Origin: Limisphaerales bacterium
GTDB taxonomy: Bacteria; Verrucomicrobiota; Verrucomicrobiia; Limisphaerales; UBA9464
Direction of reading: 5' to 3'
Assembly: GCA_044221235.1 (NCBI GenBank)
Contig: JBGAPN010000001.1
Location: forward strand, 1-40,682
DNA: 40,682 bases
This document shows positions 16,434 to 23,693 of the stretch, piece by piece. Under the pieces are notes generated by a model. It ran no database searches. It was not told the origin of the DNA and saw only the letters and a program-made list of their open reading frames with translations. How positions within the stretch are numbered: position 1 is the stretch's first letter; each line of letters starts with the position of its first letter. The position numbers and the translations under genes were made by a program.

Positions 16434-17456
16434 ATGATCCGTCGACTGTTCGGAATAATTCTGGTGTCTGGCGCTGCCTTTCGAATCGCTGCAGGAGGGG
16501 ACGCCGCTCCAGGCCATTCCCAACCTCTTCATGGACGGTCAGGTTTGGGCGCCCCCGCCAACCCCATCCTCCCCGGAGCGGACCCCCATGCGTTGATCGC
16601 CGGAAAAACAGTGTGGATCTACCCCACCTGGAACGACGGAAAGGGCGAACGGTTCTTCGCCTTTTCCTCCACTGATCTGACGGACTGGCAGCGCCACGGT
16701 CCGGTGCTGGACCTGGCCGATGTGGCCTGGATCCCGGACGACGGACAGATACGGCATCACGCCTGGGCTCCCGGGGTGCTGGAACACGGTGGGCGGTACT
16801 ACTTCTTTTACTCCGTCGGTCCCCAGCACCCGACGCCTTCCCGCATCGGCGTGGCGGTCGGAGAGGGGCCCGCGGGACCTTTCCGCGATTCCGGCCGACC
16901 GCTGCTGACGGGCGGATCCGGCTTTGAGGCGATCGATCCCATGGCCTTCACCGATCCGGCATCCGGGAAGACGCTCCTCTACGCCGGCGGCAGTGCGGGC
17001 TCGAAGCTCCGGGTGTTCGAACTCGCCCCTAACCTCACTGAACTGGCCCGCGAGATTCCGGTGGAGAATCCGCCGCACTTCACCGAGGGAGCCTTCATCC
17101 ACCATCGAGGGAATCAGTATCATCTGACCTACAGTCACGGGAACTGGCAGAGCTCCTCCTACTCCGTGCACTATTGCACCGCGGAATCGCCCACCGGCCC
17201 CTGGGCCTATCGCGGGCCCATTCTGTCCAGCGACGCCCAGTTCAAGGGCCCCGGCCACCACTCCTTCTTCCAGGATCCCGGCACCGGCGAATGGTGGATC
17301 GCCTACCACCGGTGGGAGAACCAGTCCGGAGACGGCCCCTACCGCGGTCAGCGTCAGATCTGTCTCGATCGGGTATCCTACGACGAACGCGGACTGATCC
17401 GTCCGATTCGCATGACCGGCGCCCGGGACACGGCGCCGCCGGCTCCTCGCCCCTGA
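16434..17456 (+). CDS. Glycoside hydrolase family 43 (beta-xylosidase/arabinofuranosidase-like)
   Basis: 340 aa with a signal-like N-terminus. NPILPGADPHALI carries the catalytic-Asp region. HAWAPGVLEHGGRYYFFYSV, EAIDPMAFTD, TEGAFIHHRGNQYHLTYS and GPGHHSFF..WWIAYHRW follow the five-bladed GH43 pattern. Confidence 0.8.
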   Translation: MIRRLFGIILVSGAAFRIAAGGDAAPGHSQPLHGRSGLGAPANPILPGADPHALIAGKTVWIYPTWNDGKGERFFAFSSTDLTDWQRHGPVLDLADVAWIPDDGQIRHHAWAPGVLEHGGRYYFFYSVGPQHPTPSRIGVAVGEGPAGPFRDSGRPLLTGGSGFEAIDPMAFTDPASGKTLLYAGGSAGSKLRVFELAPNLTELAREIPVENPPHFTEGAFIHHRGNQYHLTYSHGNWQSSSYSVHYCTAESPTGPWAYRGPILSSDAQFKGPGHHSFFQDPGTGEWWIAYHRWENQSGDGPYRGQRQICLDRVSYDERGLIRPIRMTGARDTAPPAPRP

Positions 17457-17592
17457 GAGCCTGTCCTGCGCGTCCACCACTTGATCATCCCAATGGCCGG
17501 CCCGGGATTGTTCCAAGCCTGATTGGTCTCTAGGTTCCGCGGGCGGTCATGGCCAGATTTCCTCTTTCCCATCCTTCCCCGGGCTGCTGACG

Positions 17593-20500
17593 ATGATTCT
17601 GATGGGATACCTGGTCGCCGTGGCGGGTCAGGCAGCACCCGCCGTCATCTCCGAGTTTCTGGCGGAAAACACGTCGGGGATCCGGGACGAAGATGGGGAC
17701 CGCACCGACTGGATCGAACTCTACAATCCTTCCGGAGAACCCCTCGACCTCGGAGGTTGGCGCTTGACGGACACTCCGTCCCAACGTTCGAAGTGGGTGT
17801 TTCCGGCGGGGGTCATTCTGCCATCCGGCGGCCATCGCGTGGTATTCGCCTCGGGCAAGAACCGGATCCGCGCTGACCAACCGCTGCACGCCAATTTCAG
17901 CCTGCGACGCGAGGGGGAATACCTGGCCCTGTTTCCTCCCCAGGGGGATGTCCCCGCCAGCGAGTTCCGGCCGGCATTCCCCACTCAAACTTCCGACGTG
18001 TCCTTCGGCGAGGGATTGCGCGTGGCGGATTCCGCCTTGGTCAATACCAACAGCCCGTCGCGCATCCGAATCCCTGCCGCCAGTGACGTCAGCACCGATT
18101 GGACCGGGAATCCGGCCGCGGATGCCTTCGACGACTCGACATGGAAAAGCGGCACCGCTTCCGTCGGCTTTGACGAATCCACCGCCGATCACGCCTATCC
18201 GCTGCTGGGTTATTGGACCTTCGATGATGTCCAGAATCCCCGACTGGCCGTCGACTCCAGTGGACGCAATGCCCATGGCACCCTGATTGGACCGGCCGGC
18301 TTCACGCCCGGTGGAGTGGGCCACTCGGGGCAACCGGGCGACCGCGCCCTGGAGCTTGGAACCGGCGACAATGGAGCGTCGGTCCGCATCGACGCCGCGG
18401 CGCAGGGGGGATTCGACGCCATGGCCACCCTGGACCGCGCGACGGTGAGCCTGTGGGTGTTTGGAGGTTCGCAACTCCCGGCCGTGAACAGCGTCTTCTG
18501 GTTCGACAACGGCTCCACTTCCGGTGACTCGCGCAATTTCATGGTCCACCTCCCGTGGTCGGACAGCGTGATCTACTTCGACACCGCCGGCTGCTGCGGT
18601 GCCGATACCCGAATCTTCCGGGAGGAAACCGATTCGTCGAAATGGAAGGGACGGTGGAATCACTATGTCTTCCTGAAAGACGGGCCACGGAAGGAGATCT
18701 GGCAGAATGGACGCCTGTGGCATTCCGGCGAGGCCGCGGCTCCGCTCAAGGCCATCAAGGGCCTTTGGTTGGGAAGCGCCCGGGACGCCACCAGCAGTTA
18801 CCCCGGAAAGCTTGACGAAGTGGCCGTATGGGCCGGGGCACTGGCGTCAGCCGACATCCAGGCTCTCGCCGCCGGGACGCCCGCCACCCACATCGGGAGT
18901 TTTCGTTCCTGGATCTCCACCGATCTCACCGCGGACATGCGGGGCATCAGTGCCCGGGCGCAACTCCGCATTCTCTTTCAGTACGCGTCCAACGCCCTTC
19001 CCGGCGTCGTGCAGTTCCGTGTCCGATACGACGACGGATTCGTCGCCTGGATCAATGGCGTGGAGGTGCTGCGTCGCAATGTTCCCGTCACCCGAAGCCG
19101 CTCCAAATTGGAAAGCCTCAACCCGGAGACGGTCACGGTCATTCCACCTGCCGGACTCCTGCATTCAGGCACCAACGTGCTGGCGATCGAAGGGCACAAC
19201 GATGCGGCCAACGGAGATGATTTCCTGTTTCAGGTGGAGCTCTGGACGGCGGAACGGCTTCCCAACCGCTTCTTCGTCCGTCCCACGCCGGATGCACCCA
19301 ATGACGCGGGCGCGGCCGGGCTGACGGCACCACCCACGTTTTCCGCCGAACGCGGGTTCCAGACGGCACCGGTCCATGTCACCCTGTCGGGCGTCACACC
19401 GGGAGCCTCCATCCGATTCACGCAGGATGGCAGCGACCCCGCCCCGGACCAGGGCACCCTGGTCCCGCCGGATCCACTGACCGGGCGTGCCACGGTGACC
19501 CTCACCGTCACGAACAGTCTGCCGCTGCGGGCCATTGCGTTCCGGGACGATTTTGAACCGTCGCCCCTCCAGACCCACACCTATCTCTTCGCCGACCAGG
19601 TCGAACGTCAGCCCGCGCAGATTCCCGGCTATCCAACGACCTGGGGGGTCTATGGAGCTTATGGTCCGTCGCCCGGCCAGCCGGTACCCGCGGATTATGA
19701 AATGGACCCCGAGGTCGTACGGTCGACCACCGCGGGATACACCGTTCGTGACGCACTTCTGTCCCTGCCCGCCCTTTGCCTCACCACCTCGGTCTCCAAC
19801 CTGTTTGACCGCGCCACCGGACTCTACCCCAACAGCGCCAGCCAGGGAACCCAGTGGGAACGGCCCGCCTCGGCGGAACTGGTGTTTCCCGATGGGCGTC
19901 CCGGATTCCAGATCCAGGCAGGCCTCCGGATCCACGGTGGGCTGAGCCGCCAGCATTGGCATGCCCTCAAGCACAGCTTTCGCCTGGGTTTCTCCCGGGA
20001 GTACGGACCACCCCGGCTGAACTACCGGCTTTTCGATGATTCCCGCGTGACCTCAATTAACGAACTGACGCTCCGGGCCTCATCGACCGACGGTTGGGCT
20101 GTGGAGGATGCCCAACCCTGGACCCGTCCGAAGGCCACCTACATGCGGGATGTGTGGATGAAGGACACCCAGCAGTCCCTGGGATGGCCCTGCGGGCACA
20201 GCCGCTACGTGCACCTCTTCCTCAACGGGGTTTATTGGGGTCAGTATAATCTCGCCGAGCGCACCGAGAGCACCTGGCTTTCGGAAAATGAGGGAGGCGA
20301 GCCGGAAGAGTACGACATCATCAAAGACGGAGGCGAACTGGAGGCAGGAACCCGGGACGCCTGGAATCAATTAATGACCCTCGCCCGTGCCGGTCTTTCC
20401 TCCGACGTCGCCTACTGGCGGATCCAGGGACGCCGCTCGGATGGTTCTCCCGACCCCAACCTGCCGGTGTACCTCGATGTGGACAGCCTCATCGACTACA

Positions 20501-22098
20501 TGATCCTGCACATCTACTCGGGGGCCATTGATTGGCCCAACCACAACTGGTGGTCGGCACGTCGACGCGGTCCGGAAAGTCACGGGTTCCGCTTCTATAC
20601 CTGGGACCAGGAAATCTCGAACATCTCGCTCACCGAGACCCGCACCTACACCAGCGAGCCCTTCGAATCCGTCTCCGGTCCGGAGGACACCCCGGCGTTC
20701 CTGTACGCCAAACTCCGGCTGAACGCCCGGTTCCGCGAGCGATTCGCCACCCGTGTCACCGCGCTCACTTCCGGCTTTGGGATTCTCACTCCGGCCCAGA
20801 ACGCGGCTCGCTGGGAGCGGAGGCAGGCGGAAATCGATCACAGCATGGTCGCGGAATCAGCCCGCTGGGGGGACAGCCGGCAGTCAATTCCGCTGAAACG
20901 GGCCAACTGGCTCACCGAAATGAACTGGATGCGCAGCGCGTACTGGCCACGCATTCACGCCACGGCCATCGCCCGGTTCCGCAGGGTCGGCCTGTACGGG
21001 TTGCCTACCGATTCCTCGGTCCTGATCTCTCCCCGGGGCGGAATCGTCGTGCCGGGGAGTTCGGCCACATTGAGTGGCGGATCCGAATTGTATTATACCA
21101 CCGACGGAACCGACCCCGCCGGGCCGGACGGCTCTCCATCCCCCACCGCCCGTCCCTATCAGTCGGGCATCGTGATTTTGGGCCCAACCGAGATCCGGGC
21201 GCGCCAACGGCTGGCCGGAACGTGGTCCCCGCCCGCCAGCGCCCGTTTCCTGACCACCGCCGACGTTGCGCCGGAGGCCTCGCTCGAAGTCGCGGAGATC
21301 CATTACCATCCCGCATCCAGCGACGCCGAGCAGTTCCTGGAACTCAGGAACCGTGATGACTCCCGGCACGTGGTCCTCGGGGGTGCGCGGGTGTCCGGGG
21401 GTGTGGATGCCGTGGTTCCTGACGGCAGGGTGCTTGGCCCGGGAGAACGTGTCGTCTTCATCCGCGATGGCTCGGCCTTCGAGAACCGCTACGGGAACAG
21501 CCGGCCCATCGCAGGTACCTTTCTGGGCTCTCTGGCCCACGCCGGAGAACCCGTCCATCTGCTGGGTCCCTCGGGTCGCGTGCTGGAGCGGTTCGAGTAT
21601 GGCGATTCCGGCGCATGGCCGGCCTTGGCCGACGGAGGAGGTCGCTCCCTGACCCGGCGTTCCTCCGTCGAAGCGCTGGATCCCGCGGCGCCAGCGTCCT
21701 GGCGACCGAGCGTGGTCCCCGACGGCACGCCGGGATGGAATGACAGTGCCGTGCTGGCCGGGCCGGAGGATGCCGATGCCGATCAGGACGGGTGGTCCGC
21801 CTTGGAAGAATTCTACTGGGGCGCGAGCGACACCGATGGCAGGGACACTCCCGTTGGCCGAAGGGTGCTCACGGTGGATTCCCAGGGTGGATTCATCCTT
21901 CAGCTGGAACACCCGCTGGCTGCCGACTCGGTGGAGGCCATCTGGGAGCATTCCGACGATTTGACCGTCTGGGGGCCGATGGATTCGGAATCCGAACCTC
22001 AAGTGGAAACCGCCGGCGACCGTGAGGTCCTCCGCTGGCCCGTGCAGGAATCCGATGGGGCGGCGCATTTCTACCGCCTCCGGCTTCATCGCCGGTAG
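17593..22098 (+). CDS. Secreted CotH kinase-family protein with LTD, LamG-like and chitobiase/hexosaminidase-C-like modules
   Basis: 1501-aa ORF. The N-terminal lamin-tail-domain motif is VISEFLAENTSGIRDEDGDRTDWIELYNPSGEPLDLGGWRLTD (~17632-17990). A LamG/concanavalin-like block ends in LDEVAVWAGALASADIQALA (~18190-18870). The CotH core is AELVFPDG..GLRIHGGLSRQHWHALKHSFRLGFSREYG...YMRDVWMKDT..YVHLFLNGVYWGQYNLAER...DYMILHIYSGAIDWPNHNWW..FRFYTWDQE (~19860-20640). The second LTD is VAEIHYHPASSDAEQFLELRN (~21289-21700). An Asp-rich TSP3-like tail follows. Confidence 0.82.
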   Translation: MILMGYLVAVAGQAAPAVISEFLAENTSGIRDEDGDRTDWIELYNPSGEPLDLGGWRLTDTPSQRSKWVFPAGVILPSGGHRVVFASGKNRIRADQPLHANFSLRREGEYLALFPPQGDVPASEFRPAFPTQTSDVSFGEGLRVADSALVNTNSPSRIRIPAASDVSTDWTGNPAADAFDDSTWKSGTASVGFDESTADHAYPLLGYWTFDDVQNPRLAVDSSGRNAHGTLIGPAGFTPGGVGHSGQPGDRALELGTGDNGASVRIDAAAQGGFDAMATLDRATVSLWVFGGSQLPAVNSVFWFDNGSTSGDSRNFMVHLPWSDSVIYFDTAGCCGADTRIFREETDSSKWKGRWNHYVFLKDGPRKEIWQNGRLWHSGEAAAPLKAIKGLWLGSARDATSSYPGKLDEVAVWAGALASADIQALAAGTPATHIGSFRSWISTDLTADMRGISARAQLRILFQYASNALPGVVQFRVRYDDGFVAWINGVEVLRRNVPVTRSRSKLESLNPETVTVIPPAGLLHSGTNVLAIEGHNDAANGDDFLFQVELWTAERLPNRFFVRPTPDAPNDAGAAGLTAPPTFSAERGFQTAPVHVTLSGVTPGASIRFTQDGSDPAPDQGTLVPPDPLTGRATVTLTVTNSLPLRAIAFRDDFEPSPLQTHTYLFADQVERQPAQIPGYPTTWGVYGAYGPSPGQPVPADYEMDPEVVRSTTAGYTVRDALLSLPALCLTTSVSNLFDRATGLYPNSASQGTQWERPASAELVFPDGRPGFQIQAGLRIHGGLSRQHWHALKHSFRLGFSREYGPPRLNYRLFDDSRVTSINELTLRASSTDGWAVEDAQPWTRPKATYMRDVWMKDTQQSLGWPCGHSRYVHLFLNGVYWGQYNLAERTESTWLSENEGGEPEEYDIIKDGGELEAGTRDAWNQLMTLARAGLSSDVAYWRIQGRRSDGSPDPNLPVYLDVDSLIDYMILHIYSGAIDWPNHNWWSARRRGPESHGFRFYTWDQEISNISLTETRTYTSEPFESVSGPEDTPAFLYAKLRLNARFRERFATRVTALTSGFGILTPAQNAARWERRQAEIDHSMVAESARWGDSRQSIPLKRANWLTEMNWMRSAYWPRIHATAIARFRRVGLYGLPTDSSVLISPRGGIVVPGSSATLSGGSELYYTTDGTDPAGPDGSPSPTARPYQSGIVILGPTEIRARQRLAGTWSPPASARFLTTADVAPEASLEVAEIHYHPASSDAEQFLELRNRDDSRHVVLGGARVSGGVDAVVPDGRVLGPGERVVFIRDGSAFENRYGNSRPIAGTFLGSLAHAGEPVHLLGPSGRVLERFEYGDSGAWPALADGGGRSLTRRSSVEALDPAAPASWRPSVVPDGTPGWNDSAVLAGPEDADADQDGWSALEEFYWGASDTDGRDTPVGRRVLTVDSQGGFILQLEHPLAADSVEAIWEHSDDLTVWGPMDSESEPQVETAGDREVLRWPVQESDGAAHFYRLRLHRR

Positions 22099-22634
22099 AC
22101 CTCGGTTTCAATCTCACCCCTTCCCCGCGGTTCCCCCGTCGAACCCGACGTCTTCGCCCCGCTGCTGTCCGCTTACCGTTCCCCGGTTGCCCCTCCGCCT
22201 TCCCACCCATCCCAATGCCGCCGCCCCCGGCCCCAGCAGGGCCCAGGCCGATGGCTCGGGAGCCGTGAATCGGACGTCACGCCGGAATCCGAAGCTGCCT
22301 TCCCTGAAATTAGCTAACAGATTCCGCCTTGCCGGCCCATCCGAAGGGCGCTGCGACATTTGGAGCTCGGGCTCCTGCACTCCACATCTGCGGACCGCGA
22401 CCTTCAGGGCGCTTCCGGGTGGGGTGCAGGTCACGCGTGGAAGTTCATACCAGGCGGATGGCGCATATGGCCCCGACGCGGAAAGAAGTCCGCGGTCCGC
22501 CCGGCTCTCATCCCACTCACTCACGTTCCTACTCTCTCACCTGCTGCCCCCTTCCTGTCTTCGTGCCTTCCAAATTGACCCCCTCTCCACGCCGGGGTGC
22601 CGCTGGCGGTTGGTTGTCGTCCCACGCCGCGCTG

Positions 22635-22800
22635 CAATCTTCCGCCGTCCGTTGCTTCGCTCGGAACGACGGAGCCGGCCCAGCGAGCCAGCCCTACCTG
22701 CCTTGCCGCTTGCCGCTTACCTCTCCGCCGCCCTCACCCACTTTCCCAATCTTCCGCCGCCTACCACCTCGCTCGGAGCGGCGGGGCCAGCCCTACCGCG
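22635..22800. repeat. Imperfect tandem duplication, period 112 bp, in the spacer abutting the larE stop codon
   Basis: Copy 1 at 22635-22700 is CAATCTTCCGCCGtccgttgctTCGCTCGGAacgacggaGCCggcccagcgagccAGCCCTACC. Copy 2 at 22747-22797 is CAATCTTCCGCCGcctaccaccTCGCTCGGAgcggcgggGCC-AGCCCTACC. Collinear exact blocks of 13, 9 and 9 nt sit within a 700-bp region. The CTA of the second AGCCCTACC is the complement of the larE TAG stop. Confidence 0.7.
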
Positions 22801-23641
22801 CGGGGACGCGGGTGAAGGCGATGGGGCTCGTCACCCCGTTGGTGCTGCCACGGCGATACCCGGCGAGATCGACTGTAACGTGCACGTAACCCAGCGCGGT
22901 CAATCGCTCGGAGACCATGCGATGGGTCTCCGCCGCCAACAAACGCGTCAACTCAGAGGCTCCCACTTCAATGCGCGCCAGGGCGCCCTGCGTCAGCTCA
23001 TGATGCCGCACCCGCACATCGAAAAATCCGAGGTCGCGCAACACGTACTCCGCCGCCTCGATCTGGGCCAGTTTGGCCGGCGTGACGGCCTCCCCCGTGG
23101 GAATGCGGGAACTCAGGCAGGCCATCTGGGGTTTGTCGGCCGTGGGCAGGCCCAACCGCGCACTCAGTTCGCGGATCTCCGCCTTGGTCAGGCCCACTTC
23201 CTTCAGGGGTGCCCGGATGGCGAATTCGGAGGCCGCCTGCGCACCGGGTCGGTGGTCCCCGACGTCACTGGCATTCTCGCCGTAGGCCACCACGGCAAAC
23301 CCGCGTTCACGGGCAAGTGGAACCAACTCGGTGAACAACGCGTGCTTGCAGAAGTAGCAACGGTTGGTGGGGTTCGCGAGATACTGGGGATCGGAGAATT
23401 CCGCAGTCCGCAAGACGTGCAGGGGGATGCCGTATCGGGCCGCGATCTCCTCGGCTTCGGCCAGTTCGCGGCGCGGCAAACTGGGAGAATCGGCAATTGC
23501 CGCCAGGGACCGGTTGCCCAGGACATCGTGAGCCACCCGGGCCAGGAACACCGAGTCCACCCCGCCAGAATAGGCCACCAGGCAGGAGCCCCAGGTTCGA
23601 AGGAGCTCCTGCAGGGCCGAATACTTGGCATCCAGACTCAC
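22793..23641 (-). CDS. larE: PP-loop ATP-utilising enzyme, LarE-like sulfur transferase family (TIGR00268-like)
   Basis: The PP-loop is LVAYSGGVDS. NRCYFCKHALF, GENASDVGDHRPG and the conserved cysteine motif KPQMACLSSRIPTGE are present. The ORF extends to 23764, but that would overlap the upstream greA-like gene. A GTG at 23641 (MSLDAKYSALQELL) gives a typical ~283-aa protein, so the start is uncertain. Confidence 0.7.
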   Translation of the reverse strand: MSLDAKYSALQELLRTWGSCLVAYSGGVDSVFLARVAHDVLGNRSLAAIADSPSLPRRELAEAEEIAARYGIPLHVLRTAEFSDPQYLANPTNRCYFCKHALFTELVPLARERGFAVVAYGENASDVGDHRPGAQAASEFAIRAPLKEVGLTKAEIRELSARLGLPTADKPQMACLSSRIPTGEAVTPAKLAQIEAAEYVLRDLGFFDVRVRHHELTQGALARIEVGASELTRLLAAETHRMVSERLTALGYVHVTVDLAGYRRGSTNGVTSPIAFTRVPAR

Positions 23642-23693
23642 GTCGCGAGCATCGCAGAGGATTCCCGTTCGTCGAACTGGCGACGACCGACGT

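Noticed and set aside
17530-22089. Minus-strand ORFs 17530..18723 (397 aa), 19165..19974 (269 aa) and 20884..22089 (401 aa)
   Set aside because: They are antisense shadows of the 1501-aa CotH gene. The same reasoning applies to 38883..40061 (392 aa), which is antisense to the second CotH gene.
22129-22160. tmRNA-like 5' end on the minus strand: GGGGCGAAGACGUCGGGUUCGACGGGGGAACC, resembling GGGGxUGAxxxGGxUUCGACGGGG
   Set aside because: A tmRNA starting here would run ~300 nt antisense into the well-supported 3' end of the CotH CDS. I found no tag-peptide reading frame (..ALAA stop), and no matching T-arm or ACCA 3' end. I treat it as coincidence in GC-rich sequence.
22313-22499. RNase P-like and SRP-like snippets in the spacer: AACAGATTCCGCCTT versus ACAGAACCCGGCUUA, GGAAAGAAGTCCGCGG versus GGAAAGUCCGGGC, and GTCACGCCGGAATCCGAAGCTGCC versus SRP helix 8
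   Set aside because: The RNase P-like pieces are in the wrong 5'-3' order and match only partially. The SRP-like piece cannot form the GGAA-tetraloop helix. I do not regard the region as rnpB or ffs. cmscan would settle it.
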